Shown here: one piece after another, positions 26,899-41,044 of the stretch
Position numbering within the stretch: position 1 is the stretch's first letter
Layout: the number at the start of each line of letters is the position of its first letter
Assembly (NCBI GenBank): GCA_964016885.1
Contig: OZ024765.1
Coordinates: 8,804,001-8,868,000, forward strand
From: Eledone cirrhosa
Lineage: Eukaryota
Length of the DNA stretch: 64,000 nucleotides
Direction: 5' to 3'
Translations under genes and position numbers: made by a program
Notes under the pieces: model-generated
What the model was told of the DNA's origin: nothing
Databases searched by the model: none
The model's input: only the letters and a program-made list of their open reading frames with translations

Positions 26899-29800
26899 CA
26901 TCATGGCTTGGCTTCGCGAACGAAGATTAGGGAGGTTGTCCACGTCGTCTGCAGGCACGCTCATGACTGACAAGTCCGATGCGGGAAAGGTAGGTCCGTG
27001 AGCAGTGTCCACAGATGAAGGTCACGTCCGGTGTGGTGTCAGAGGCGGCTCGGGCCTTCCTTCTGCGTCTCTTGTCTTTTTGCGCGTCTCTTCTGTCTTC
27101 CCTCAAACTCGCTGACCGCGTTGAAGATCGTGTGGCGCCAGGCATCACGGTCCGCAGCCAGGTCTGACCAGCATTGGTGGTCAACATGACATGCGGTGAG
27201 AGACTTTTTGAGACAGTCCTTGTAGCGTTTCTTCGGGGCTCCTCTCTCTCGGTGGCCGGTGGAGAGTTCGCCAAACAGGGCAATCTTAGGAAGGCGATGA
27301 TTCACCATTCTGGAGACATGCCCTGCCCATCGGAGGTGGTACTTCAGTAGCATGGTTTCAATGCTGGGGATCTCGGCCTGCTCCAGAACCTCAACGTTTG
27401 TGACGAAGTCACTCCAGCGAATGTTGAGGATGGTGCGGAGACATCGCTGGTGGAAGCGCTCGAAGAGACGGATGTGACTGCGGTAGGTGACCCAGGTCTC
27501 CAAGCCGTAGAGGAGAGTGGTGAGAACCACGGCCCTGTAGACGCTGATCCTTGTCTTGTTCTTCAGGTTTTTGTTGGCTAACCACGTTTGTACAATCTGC
27601 CAAAGGAGCTATTTGCCTTAGAGAGTCTGTGGCCAATTTCTTTGTCGATCCTTGCATCGGATGAGATGATGCAGCCCAGGTATATGAACTGCTGTGTTGA
27701 TTTCAGTTCGGTATCGCAGATAATGATGTAGGGTGGGCGGTATTCTTCTTGGGGGCAGGCTGGTGAAGAACCTCCGTCTTCTTGAGGCTAACCTCCAGGC
27801 CAAGGAGCCGGGAGGCGTCCGCAAAGCAGGACATGATGCGCTGCAGAGCTCGCTCTGTGTGGGCGACGAGGGCAGCGTCGTCCGCGAAGAGAAGGTCTCG
27901 GATCAGCCTTTCCTGGGTCCTGGTATGGGCTTGGAGGTGCCGTAGAGGCTGCCATCCATACGGTACCTAACATACACCCCATCCCCATCATCCAGATCCT
28001 CAGTTGCATGCTTGAGCATCATGCTGAAGTGAGTCGGTGCCAGGACACAACCCTGCTTCACGCCGTTGGAGATGGGGAAGGGCTCCGACAGGTCACCGTT
28101 GAGTCTGATCTGGCCGCGCTGGTTCTCGTGCAGCTGGATCACCATCTGTAGAAACTTGGTGGGACAGCCAAGTCGTTCCAGGATGAGCCATAGTCCTGTC
28201 CTGCTCACTGTGTAAATGCTTTTGTGGGGTCAACAAAAGAAGCATAGAGTCCCTTGTTTTGTTCTCGGCACTTCTCCTGGAGTTGGCGGAGGACGAACAC
28301 CATGTCCGCCGTGCCTCTGTTGGCTCTGAAGCCACACTGGCTCTCGGGGAGGTTTTCTTCAGCGATGGTTGGTATGAGCCTGTTGAGCAGGATCCTGGAA
28401 AGTACTTTGTCAGCGATGGAGAGTAGGGTGATTCCCCGGTAGTTGGAGCAGTCAGACTTTTCACCCTTGTTCTTGTACAGGGTTATGATGACGGCGTCGC
28501 GAAGATCCTGTGGCAGCTTACCCTGCTCCCAACAGCAGACAAGAAAATCGTGTAGCTTGTCGTGGAGCGTCGGACCTCCATTCTTCCAGATTTCTGGTGC
28601 GATGCTCTCAACTCCTGCTGCTTTGTGACTCTTGAGTTGTTCTATAGCTTCAGTCGTCTCTTCGAGGGTAGGTGGTTCGTCGAGCTCCACTTTGAGTGGA
28701 AGTTGAGGAACGCGATGGATGGCAGCGTCCTGTACGGTGCGGTCAGCACTGAAGAGACTTTGGAAGTGCTCGGACCAGCGAGCGAGGATGGAGGTGTTAT
28801 CGGTGAGGAGGTCCTATCCATCTGAACTGCGCAGGGGACTCTGGACCTGTTGGGTTGGGCCATACACTGCTTTCAGAGCCTCATAGAAGCCCCTATAGTC
28901 TCCGAGGTCAGCGCACAGCTGGGTTCTCCACGCCAGGTGGTCCCACCACTCGTTCTGTATTTCTCTGAGTTTGCACTGTAGAGTGTTGCATGCACGTCGA
29001 AAGGTATCTTTCTTTACAGGACAGGTTGTTTGTGTGTAAGGTGGGCTTGATGAACTGCCCTCTTCTTTGCTAGTAAGTCCTGGATCTCCTTGTCATTTTC
29101 ATCAAACCAGTCATTGTTTTTCTTTTTTGTGTGCCCAAGAACTTCCTCAGATGTCTTAAGGATGGCTGATTTCAGGTTCTCCCACAAGGTGTCTGGGGTG
29201 GGGTCATCAGTGCAAGGGGATTCGTCTAATTTTTGCTGCAGGTCTGCTTAGAACTTGGCTTTCACTTCCTCCCGGCACAGGCTGCCGACGTTGAGTTTCT
29301 TTATGGGGTTACCTTTCTTCTTGGGTTTGGGTTTGAACTGCAGTTTGAGGTTGCAGCAGACGAGGCGATGGTCAGTGTGGCACTCTGCACTGGGCATCAC
29401 TCTCGTGTGTAGAACATCTTTCAGATCCCGTTGGCGCACAAGCACATAGTCAAGTAGATGCCAATGTTTGAACCGAGGATGCATCCAAGTTGTTTTCAGG
29501 CGGTCTTTCTGTTGGAAGATTGTGTTGGTAATGGCAAGTTGTTGCTCTGTGCAGAACTCGAGCAGGAGGCGCCATTTGTCGTTACAGCCACCAACGCTGT
29601 GTCTTCCAAGGACTCCTTTCCAGGCCTCAGAGTCTCTCCCAACTCTTGCGTTGAAGTCGCCAAGGATCAGGACCTTGTCGTCTGCAGCGGTGTTGTTCAA
29701 AATCTGCGCAGATCAGAATAGAAACTGTCTTTGTCCACAGGATCTGCCAGTAGCGTTGGAGCATAGACACTGAAGAGGGTGAGATGTTGTTTGCTCTCCA

Positions 29801-31098
29801 GTGGTACACGCATGGATATGATACGGTCCGAGTGGCCCGTGGGTAACGTTTCCAGATTGAAGGCGATGGAATTCCTCACCATGAGTCCTACACCCGACAG
29901 GCGTCTTCCAGATGATGGTTTCCCGGACCAGAAAAGGGTGTAGCCAGTGCCGCGTTCTTTGAGGCTGCCCTCGTCAGCGAAGCGTACCTCGTTGAGAGCT
30001 GCTATGTCGATGTTGAGGCAGGAGAGTTCATGGGCTATGAGAGCCGAACGACATTCCGGGCGGCTGCTGTCAGCCTTGTCAAGCATAGCCCTGACATTCC
30101 AGCAGACAACTTTCAAGTCCTGCTTACTTTTCTTTAGTTTTGTTTCCATGTTTGTTCGACCGCTCTGAAGATGCCCGTTGACCGCGGCTAGCCAACTGGG
30201 TATAGAGGAGACGAGCTTTGTTTAGGCGAACCTTTTCTACCGCCCCTCTCTATGTGGGGCAGGCAGTGCTCACCCTAGATAGGGCTGCCTGGTCGCTCAG
30301 GATACTGCCGAGTGGTGTCGTCGCCTCCGCGTCGACAACCAGGAGACCAAAGTCCTGAGCCGCCTACATGTAGGATCGAGACAACGGCTTCTAGTGACAT
30401 CTTCCACCTGCCGCTTTCTCCCCTTTCCCATCACTGCAGGGCTTTTGGAATGGTTGGTCATAGAACGTGGAGGTGTCCTTCAGCCTGCGCTGAGGAGTTT
30501 TAAGGTGAAGTGCAGTGCGCGCAAACTGGCCCCACCCTTTAAGCACGAGGTTCATCTGCCATGGCCTAGCGAGCTGGGACGGTGACAGCGAGGTCCTCGG
30601 GCCGTAGGTTTGATGTCGGAGTTTCCCTCTCTAGAAGGCGTAATACTACCCGGTTGCCTAGTCTGAAGTAGGGGGTTTACTTAGCCTTTGACTAAAAATT
30701 CTGTCTACAAGGCAGCGGAGCGAGATCAGGGAGTCGCACCCATTGGGAGACGATGACCAGTCGACCAGTTCATACGCCATTGCTTGGTCGTTAACCAAAC
30801 TGGGGTCCCAATGCTCCTGAAGTTCCATTCGAGCCACTGACCAAATGGTTCTTCCGCCTCTTCTGGAATACAATGCCTCGGCGAGACAGGGGGGGGGGGC
30901 AGTGACCCTATTTAGTGGCGGGTCATGCTCGCCACGTCACAGTGCTGTTGCGGACATCTGTGGCTTTTTATAGGGAGAACGCTTGCCAGGCGTAAACCCA
31001 CCACGTCCTTAGGCACTGCCGCCGAACTTTTCGCTGGTTTAGGAGTAATCTTAGATGACTCAGCTGGCACCACGGGGAGGTAGTTCGACATGCCAGCT
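26899..31098 (-). mobile_element. Full-length, degenerate RTE LINE (AviRTE-like): APE endonuclease plus RT
   Basis: CWNVRAMLD..ALIAHEL..ALNEVR, ILGDFNARVG, LLDYVLV..TDHRLV, NYRGITLLS, QGCVLAP, FADDAA, RWAGHV; 3' end cttcgttcgcgaagccaagccatgatg; several frameshifts. Confidence 0.92.
31021..31098 (-). ncRNA. HDV-like ribozyme fold at the 5' end of the RTE element
   Basis: P1 AGCTGGC/GCCAGCT, P2 gtcgaact/agttcggc, P3 ACC/GGT with L3 TCCCCGT, P4 gagtcatc/gattactc, J4/2 CGAAA. Confidence 0.7.
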
Positions 31099-31814
31099 AA
31101 TATATATATATATATAATGTATATATATATAATGTATATATATATAATGTATATATATATATATATATAATGTATATATATATATATAATGTATATATAT
31201 ATATATAATGTATATATATATAATGTATATATATATAATGTGTATATATATATAATGTATATATATATAATGTATATATATATATAATGTATATATATAT
31301 ATAATGTATATATATATAATGTATATATATATATAATGTATATATATATAATGTATATATATATATATATATATATATAATGTATATATATATAATGTAT
31401 ATATATATATATAATGTATATATATATATATAATGTATATATATATATATAATGTGTATATATATATATATAATGTATATATATATATATAATGTATATA
31501 TATATATATATAATGTATATATATATATATAACGTATATATATATATATATAACGTATATATATATATATAACGTATATATATATAACGTATATATATAT
31601 ATATATATATATAACATATATATATATAACGTATATAAACATATATATATATAACGTATATATATATATATATATATATAACGTATATATATATATATAT
31701 ATATATATAACATATATATATATACATATATATATATAATGTATATATATATATATATAATTTATATATATATATATATACATATATATAATGTATATAT
31801 ATATATATATAATT

Positions 31815-31846
<32 letters not shown>

Positions 31847-31938
31847 CATATATATATATAATGTATATATATATATATATAATTTATATATATATATATA
31901 CATATATATATATAATGTATATATATATATATATAATT

Positions 31939-31976
<38 letters not shown>

Positions 31977-32309
31977 ATGTATATATATATATATATAATT
32001 TATATATATATATATATATATATAATGTATATATATATAATATATATATATATATAATGTATATATATATTATATATATATATAATGTATATATATATTA
32101 TATATATATATAACGTATATATATATTATATATATATATAACGTATATATATATTATATATATATATAACGTATATATATATTATATATATATATAACGT
32201 ATATATATATTATATATATATATAACGTATATATATAATATATATATATATAATGTATATATATAGTATATATATATATATATATAATGTATATATATAT
32301 ATATATATA

Positions 32310-32340
<31 letters not shown>

Positions 32341-32362
32341 ATGTATATATATATTATATATA
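31099..32362. repeat. (TA)nATG / (TA)nACG / (TA)nATT microsatellite
   Basis: Direct inspection. Confidence 0.95.
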
Positions 32363-32495
32363 TTAGTGAGGTTTTTTTTACAAAATGAAAAATAACCGAG
32401 GTGTCCTACACGAGTGGAAGTATAAAGAAAAAGGGATGAAATCGAAAATGCAACTGAAGTCTTATTTTTTTAAAAATATATATATTTATTTGATT

Positions 32496-32533
32496 CCTTT
32501 ACCGGTTTCGCAGTTCTTCTGCTTTTCAAAAGG
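32496..32533 (-). ncRNA. Hammerhead motif, U3-A8 core
   Basis: cctt TTGAAAA gcagaagaactgc GAAA ccgg TA aagg. Confidence 0.75.
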
Positions 32534-33047
32534 TGAGTTGAGATGGAGGGTCTGTGGTTTTTCTCACATCTGGTTGGTCTCTAAATGTTACTTGTTTTAT
32601 ATGGAAAAACTGGCTCGAAAACCAAGTTTTTCGAGAAGTAATTTGATTGGTTTGTCAATAATTATAATAAATTTCGCGCCAGTTCGCGTTACAATAGTTC
32701 TTCAAATAAGAGAGGGGGGGGGGGGGTTGTCACAGGTTGTTTTTTCATATATGAGTGTTTGAATTTCTTTTTACTTGAAAAAATGAGGCTCACGAAGGCT
32801 TTTTTTTGGTTGGTTATAAATGAAATTTGGCTGTCACGTGAACAAGTTTTCATTACATTTTTGCGCCCTTATTTGGAAAACTATTCTGTAGTCTATAGTG
32901 AATGTTATGACGATGGAGAGATAGTGGTCAAGGGAAAAGGGATTGGGAGAAATGTTCTGGTTCAGTGAATATGGCCAGCTGTCAGAGTTCAGGTGTCAGA
33001 GTTCAGATTTTCTATTGAGACTGAAGATATGTGTTTATTTGTGTGCT

Positions 33048-33094
<47 letters not shown>

Positions 33095-33342
33095 TGGAAG
33101 ATGATTCTATTAGTAGAGATGGGGGAGGGAGTTGTGTGTGTGTGTATATGGGTGTTATGTGTGTGTGTGCGAGTATGTTAGATAGAGAGAATATATATTT
33201 TTTGTGTGTGTGTATATATATATGTGTGTAGGAAAGTGGTTCTATTAGTAGAAATGGGGAGGGTGTTGTAGGTGTGGGGGTTTTTATGTGTGTGTATGGG
33301 TGTTATGTGTGTGGGAGTATGGTTAGCATGTTAAGATGAAGA

Positions 33343-33383
<41 letters not shown>

Positions 33384-33587
33384 GTGTGTGTATGTGTGTG
33401 TGTAGGAAAATGATTCCTTTAGTAGGAATATTTTTGAATGAACATATTTTCCTGACTTTTTCGTGTTTGCTGTTGTATTGCCAGTGCAAACGTATGTTTA
33501 AGGTTTATTTAGTTCGGGTTTTTATTTTCTAAAGTAGGTGTTATGTGTGTGTGTGTATGTCATATTGTGGTGTTGACATAATGTATA

Positions 33588-34830
33588 TTAAACCTTATTT
33601 AATGTTGGTCTATATTTTTGAATAAACATATTTTCCTTATTTATTCGCATTTGTTCTGTTGTATTGTTAGCGCAAAGGTAAAATGGGAAGACTTGGAATT
33701 TGGGTGTCTTATTACTTGCGCAAATGTCTAGATGTGCACTTAGTGGTATTTGTCTCGTGGTTGGATCTCGTAATTGTTGGCGATGAACTGTCATTCTGTT
33801 TCTGAGTGTGAGTTTAGTTTGTCCTATATAATCTTCATTGCATCCTTTACATTTAATGGCATAAATTAGATTTTTTGATGAGCAAGTGAAGTGATTTTTT
33901 ACAGTAAAATTTTGTCCTGATTTAAATGTATACGTGTTGCCTTCAATGAGGTGAGTGCAGGTTCCACAATTAGAGCGACCACATTTTTTGATACTTGGTT
34001 GTGGGTTTGTGGTAGGTAATTTGGCATTGGTGAGTAATGTTTTCAGTGATTTTGGTTGTCTTTTGCTTTTGATTATTTTGTGTGTTTCAAGGGCTTTTTT
34101 CATTCTTGGGTTTTGTTTTAGTAGTGGGATGTTATTGTGAATAGTGTTGTAAGCTTCCGCATTTCTTGGGTTGTGTGTTGAGATATATGATAGAATATTG
34201 GACGTACCTTGAATTTGTTTCTGTTTCCGTAATTCATCAATGCCTATTGCTTTAGCCCTTTCTATTCCATTATTTATTAGTAATAGTGGGTACTCTCTCT
34301 CAAGTAGAATTTCCTTTAATTCTTGAAGTCTTTTATTTCGCGTTTCATAATTGGAGACAATTGTGCAAATTCTTCTTGCTAGGTTAAAAGGAATGTTCGT
34401 CTTCGTGTGCTTTGGATGGTTGGAGGTGAATAGCAGATATTGTTTGGAATCTGTTGGTTTGTAGTGTATGTCAGTTTCGATATTTGTGTCTTTTTTTGTG
34501 ATTAAGATGTCCAGAAATGGGAGTTGATCTTGGCTGTATTCCATTGTGAATTGGATGTGGTTATTGATGCCGTTTATTAAGTTTTTGAAATCCTTCAGTT
34601 GGTCGAGTGTGTGGGACCAAAGAATGAGGCAATCATCCAAGTAGCGTTTCCAATTCTCTGATAAATATTTGTGGAAGTTCAATCCGTATTTTGATTTGGA
34701 CTGTTCATATATCTGGACTTCTAAGTATGCCATGACTAAGTTGGCATAAGTTGGAGCGGCTTTTGTGCCCATCGCAGTCCCCGATATTTGCTTGTAAGTA
34801 TTGCCATCGAAATCAAAAAAGTTGTTCTGT
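33588..34830 (-). CDS. PLE RT C-terminal half plus Zn linker plus GIY-YIG endonuclease (uninterrupted)
   Basis: GTAMGTKAAPTYANL, RYLDD, LPFLD, CGRSNCGTC, NLIYAIKCKGC..YIGQT..LRNRMTVH..KENMFI..LN; the first ~58 aa of ORF 33588..35003 are read-through of the inverted pLTR. Confidence 0.88.
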
Positions 34831-34905
34831 TTTTCCATATAAAACAAGTAACATTTAGAGACCAACCAGATGTGAGAAAAACCACAGACCCTCCATCTCA
34901 ACTCA

Positions 34906-34943
34906 CCTTTTGAAAAGCAGAAGAACTGCGAAACCGGTAAAGG
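34906..34943 (+). ncRNA. Hammerhead motif, U3-A8 core (inverted copy)
   Basis: Identical to 32496-32533. Confidence 0.75.
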
Positions 34944-35039
34944 AATCAAATAAATATATATATTTTTAAAAAAATAAGACTTCAGTTGCATTTTCGATTT
35001 CATCCCTTTTTCTTTATATTATATATATATATATATATA

Positions 35040-35070
<31 letters not shown>

Positions 35071-35109
35071 ATGTATATATATATATATATATATAATGTA
35101 TATATATAT

Positions 35110-35145
<36 letters not shown>

Positions 35146-35150
35146 GTATA

Positions 35151-35193
<43 letters not shown>

Positions 35194-35312
35194 GTATATA
35201 TATATTATATATATATATATAATGTATATATATATTATATATATGTATATATATATATATAATATATATATATATAATGTATATATATATATAATATATA
35301 TATATAATGTAT

Positions 35313-35349
<37 letters not shown>

Positions 35350-35394
35350 CAAAATGAAAATCCGAAGGCAAGGTAAAATTGCCAATCATTTTAA

Positions 35395-35468
35395 TCACGA
35401 CACATGTTTCAATAAGAGATAGATCGATTGTGAAGCCATGCTCAATTATCACTGATCTCATCAGGTGA
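35395..35468 (-). ncRNA. Hammerhead motif (inverted pLTR copy)
   Basis: tcac CTGATGA ... GAAA catgtg TC gtga. Confidence 0.7.
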
Positions 35469-37597
35469 ACATGAATTGTCTTCAAATTCTTGATATGAGG
35501 GAGAAAATTAGCAATGTTCACTCACAGAGTTTATTCCCTCGTATCAGTTGGCAGAACTAATGGCAGCTCTATGGATGAACGGTCTCATACACGTGAGGCA
35601 AGTCGGGTCACCCCAACCCCTGGGAACTTACCCATACAGCAGACAAGAACGGTGACCGGACCCCAACGGTACCGTGGTTCCTCTGGAACTACCTAGGTCG
35701 ATAAAAGAAAATGTAATTGCAGGAACACCGCCACTTGCCCCATGGCTGGGAAATGCCTCACCAAAAACATAGTCTACGACTGTAAGGTCTCCACTCTTGA
35801 TAGAACCTTCAGGTATGTTGGGGCAACTATCACTGAATTTAAGGATAGATGGTATAATCACCGCCATACCTTTAATAGATTAGATAAAACAATAGCACGG
35901 CGCTTTCTGAATTAGTCTGGAAGCTTAAACAACAGAATATAGAGCACTCCTTATCCTGGTCCATAGTGTGCTCAGCCCAGCCTTACAACGGCAGCACTGG
36001 CGTCTGTAATTTGTGCATAGCTGAAACCTTTAATATTATTAGAGGCGGCCCCCTATTAATTAATAGGAGAGTGGATTTTTTTTTAGCAACTGCCAACATA
36101 GAACCTTGAAAACCTTCCGCAGGATTTTTGGAAAGTAACCCACCACTAACTCCTCCCTCTCTATTTTAGCCATAGAGTTCTCTCAATAAACAGACAATCA
36201 CACACTCAGGTAGTTAGACGGCTAAGATTGTTTGCGCACTTCAAACGGTACTCGGCCTGTTTCCACAGAGTTCTCACAGCTGAGTGCACTTAGAATACCT
36301 AGTTAGTAAATAGTTAGATTGATTACACACTCAGAATACCTAGTTAATAAATGATTACACACTCAGGCAAGACCGATTACGCGCATTTACCTTTACTTTA
36401 AGATACCCTAACCATTGAGTTCTCTCGGTTGGGATATAACTAGACTTATTGCACACTCAGTTAAGACCGTTTACGCTCTCTATACATAACTCTACACACA
36501 GTACCCGTTTTCTTTAGACATTGAGTTCCCACAGTTACGACTGGTCACGTTCCTACCGATTGAACACTACACTAGGTTTTGATCATCTAACCATGGAGTG
36601 CTCACAGTTACGGATTGAACAATAATACTTACACACCATTAATGGTCCTACACACATCCTCTAGGTTTTGCTAGCCTTTGTTATTTTACTTTACTTTTTT
36701 TGTGTTGGATAACACACCTCCACCCCTCAAACACCTATCTTAAAAGCCCAAGGGCCCATATGACGGGGAAATCGCACTTACTGACACCTTAACCCAAATA
36801 CCCAACCCTACACGGAGCCCCTTGCTGGCCTACATAGCGGTTGCTTGCACGCACAGATTTGAGGACTCGGATTCTCAATGGGACAGCGGTACATACTGAG
36901 TTCGATATGAGCTGATTGCTTGCTCTTCACATGGATGTGTATATACCTTTTTTGGACGATACGGATGTGTATATACCATAACATACACTATTTGGAGATA
37001 CGGATGTTACAATTCAATCTATATACGTATAGCAGAACACTGAACTGAACTTACTTGCTTGTGTGTGTATGTGTGTGTGTATGGGCTGTGGTTGACCCAA
37101 TATTTCCAGTTTGCATCGTCAAATTGAGATTTAGCCAATGTAGCATTTGTTGTTTTGTAAACTAACTTTCGGTGAATGCTATGTTGGTATATTCTTATAT
37201 TTGTTGTTTTTTCTTTGACATCGCTTCGGTGTGTGTGAGAGTGTGTGTGTACCCACTCATACTAATTGTGACCGTCTATAGTTCTACAGATTTGATACTG
37301 TGTTGATGTGTGTGTATATATATATATATATTTTCTTTGATTTCGAGTCGGTGTGTGTGGGTGTTGAGTGTGTGTGTACCCACTCACATTAACTGTGACC
37401 GACTGTATTACTATAGATTTGATTGATGTCCAGCGTCTTTTGCAGCTATTGGGATATAGAAATTTGATAGTTTTATGACCTTAACTGAAGTTGATAGCAG
37501 TCGCCGTATTTTGACTGCTTGATCTTCATACGAGGGAAAAAACTCTGTGAGTGAACATTGCTAATTTTCTCCCTCATATCAAGAATTTGAAGACAAT

Positions 37598-37685
37598 TCA
37601 TTTTCACCTGATGAGATCAGTGATAATTGATCATGGCTTCACGATCGATCTATCTCTTGTTGAAACATGTGTCGTGATGAAAATG
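37598..37685 (+). ncRNA. Hammerhead motif with extended stem II
   Basis: tcattttcac CTGATGA gatcagtgataattgatc...ttgtt GAAA catgtg TC gtgatgaaaatga. Confidence 0.7.
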
Positions 37686-37862
37686 ATTGGCAATTTTACC
37701 TTGCCTTCGGATTTTCATTTTGATACTAATACTCCGTTTTACATCATCTAGCTGTTTCCCTTGAATGGAATTGGAGATATACAAAAGCGTGGAGAACTTA
37801 ATATAAGTAACATAAATTTATTGGAACGTTTTCACAACCAATAATACACCTTACTATATAAC

Positions 37863-37902
<40 letters not shown>

Positions 37903-37914
37903 CAACTATATATA

Positions 37915-37947
<33 letters not shown>

Positions 37948-37948
37948 C

Positions 37949-38016
<68 letters not shown>

Positions 38017-38455
38017 GTGTATGTATATATATATATATATATATATATAATGTGTATGTATATATATATATATATATATAATGTATATATATATAAATAT
38101 ATATATATATAATGTATATACTGTATATATATATATATATAATGTGTGTATATATATATATAATGTGTATATATATATATATAATGTATATATATATATA
38201 TAATGTATATATATATATATATAATGTATATATATATAATGTATATATCTATATATATATATATATATAATGTATATATATATATAATGTATATATATAT
38301 ATATATAATGTATATATATATAATGTATATATCTATGTATATATATATATAATGTATATATATATATATATAATGTATATATATATAATGTATATATCTA
38401 TATATATATATATATAATGTATATATCTATATAATGTATATAGATATATATATAA

Positions 38456-38643
38456 TTGTTTCTACTTTTGGCACAAGGCCAGCAATTACTCAGTGCATTA
38501 CTGGTACTTTATTTTATCGACCTCGTAAGGATGAAAGACAAAGTTAACCTCGGCGGGATTTGAACTCAGAATGGCAAGGGCCTTAACTCTATACGTAAAA
38601 GCATGGCGTCCGACCCTCTACCGATACTGCCAATCCACCACCC
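38456..38643 (-). mobile_element. tRNA-derived SINE with a Nin/Deu-like core
   Basis: gagttcaaatcccgccgaggttaactttgtctttcatccttacgaggtcgataaaataaaagtaccag; second copy at 63255-63442. Confidence 0.75.
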
Positions 38644-38831
38644 ATATATATATACATTATATATATATATATATGTAATGTATATATATAATGTATATAT
38701 ATATATATATAATGTATATATAAATATATATATATATATAATGTCTATATATATATATAAAATGTCTATATATATATATGTATATAATGTATATATATAT
38801 ATATAATGTATATATATATATATATATATAT

Positions 38832-39983
38832 GAGTATTGAAGTTTGCTTGAAGCATTGTGGAATAATAAGTAAATATCTTTAAGTCGTTTGGAAGCCTCG
38901 ACAATGCAAATGGGTAAATCTCCGGGTAACAAGATCCGGTGGTGGAGAGAGAGATGTAAGTGGGTGTACGTTGAGATGCGTGGTGTGTATAAGATGTGTA
39001 AAAGAATGAAGGAAAGAGTATAAAGGATAAAATTAAAATAACAACACGAGAGAGAGAGTTACCTTGGGAGAGATTTAATTGTCCCTATATATTTCGGATT
39101 CACATCCATCAACTGGGGGTTTTTTCCGGGGTGGGGGAAAGATTGTCTGTCGGAAAGGTGCGAAACGCGTCCTCCGCTGTTTGTTGTTTTGAATATCTGA
39201 GGTATTCAGCAGGGCGCGCGTGCACGTGAAATGATACGTAACGTGCCGACGTATCAAGGAAGCGCTTTTTATCAAACGCCTGCAACCGCAAATAAACAAT
39301 CGATCCGAGAGAAGCGAAATGAGATGGGTGGTTTAAGTTAACAAACGATGCAGCAACACACGCACACACACACACACAAACGAGATATCTACACACACAC
39401 ACGCACACACACACAGTAGCATTCCACCATACGAACATACTACACTGCCAATACAGAGGAACAAGGCAACAACACAGGCACACACACACACACACTCAAG
39501 CGAGACAACAACACATGCACACACACACACACACAGTAACATTTAACAAACAGGCAGAGAATGGACTGACAGCTAGCGCCACCCCACTCCCTCATTCGGC
39601 CGCTGACCTCTGCCCGACCGACTCCATTTCACGCGCAAGCGCGCCCTGCTGAATACCTCAGATATTCAAAACAACAAACAGCGGAGAACGCGTCTCGCAC
39701 CTTTCCGACAGAAAACCTTTCCTCCACCCCGGAAAAAACCCCCAGTTGATGGATGTGAATCCGAAATATATAGGGACAATTAAATCTCTCCCAAGGTAAC
39801 TCTCTCTCGTGTTGTTATTTTAATTTTATCCTTTATACTCTTTCCTTCATTCTTCTACACATCTTATACACACCACGAATCTCAACGTACAACCACTTAC
39901 ATCTCTCTCTCCACCACCGGATCTTGTTACCCGGAGATTTACCCATTTGCATTGTCGAGGCTTCCAAACGACTTAAAGATATT

Positions 39984-39990
<7 letters not shown>
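38832..39990. mobile_element. Head-to-head pair of PLE 3' ends (same family as 23640-24420)
   Basis: 38870-39225 is the reverse complement of ~39630-39987. Confidence 0.85.
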
Positions 39991-40022
<32 letters not shown>

Positions 40023-40294
40023 GAATAATCGAGAATCGGAATACCAGCCCACGAAATCACGATAAACAATATCCGATATATGTGGCAGAGGGCTCAATAA
40101 TTTGGAAAAATCAGAGCTATAACTATCGTTAAAATACCAACACATAGAGATCAAGCCTAAAATCACCCATGCAGCCGAAAAAGAACGACCAGGAAGATTC
40201 GGGTCAGTCAAATAAAATATCAATAAATTAATAAATTAAATGAATGTAAAAAACTCACCCGGACCCGACCCGCTAGAACGATGTTAAATCTAGT

Positions 40295-40299
40295 ATATA

Positions 40300-40330
<31 letters not shown>

Positions 40331-41004
40331 ATGTATATATATAATGTATATATATATAATGTATATATATAATGTATATATATATAATGTATATATATAA
40401 TGTATATATATATAATGTATATATATAATGTATATATATATATATATATAATGTATATATATATATATGTATATATATAATGTACATATATATATATAAT
40501 GTATATATATATAATGTATATATATATATATATAATGTATATATATATATATATATAATGTATATATATATAATGTATATATATATATATATAATGTATA
40601 TATATATATATATATATAATGTATATATATATAATGTATATATATATATAATGTATATATATATATAATGTATATATATATATATATAATGTATATATAT
40701 ATATATATAATGTATATATATATATAATGTATATATATATATATATAATGTATATATATATATATATAATGTATATATATATATATAATGTATATATATA
40801 TATATAATGTATATATATATATATAATGTAAATATATATATATATAATGTAAATATATATATATATAATGTAAATATATATATATATAATGTAAATATAT
40901 ATATATATAATGTAAATATATATATATAATGTATATATATATATATAATGTATATATATATATATAATGTATATATATATATATAATGTATATATATATA
41001 TATA

Positions 41005-41040
<36 letters not shown>
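40295..41040. repeat. (TA)nATG microsatellite
   Basis: Direct inspection. Confidence 0.95.
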
Positions 41041-41043
<3 letters not shown>

Positions 41044-41044
41044 G

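Larger units (their letters stand above)
32365..35018 (-). mobile_element. Neptune-like PLE, 5'-truncated, with a 3' pLTR and an inverted pLTR at the 5' junction
   Basis: 32420-32610 is the reverse complement of 34828-35018; coding region lies between them. Confidence 0.85.
35349..37800 (+). mobile_element. Naiad-like PLE, 5'-truncated, with an inverted pLTR at the 5' end and a long 3' UTR
   Basis: 35710-36140 encodes CNCRNTATCP..GKCLTKNIVY..YVGAT..RWYNH..CNLC..E..CQH; 35349-35545 is the reverse complement of 37528-37724. Confidence 0.8.

Noticed and set aside
34830-35003. Novel N-terminal domain on the 471-aa PLE ORF (and ORF 32385..32762)
   Set aside because: It is antisense read-through of the inverted pLTR.
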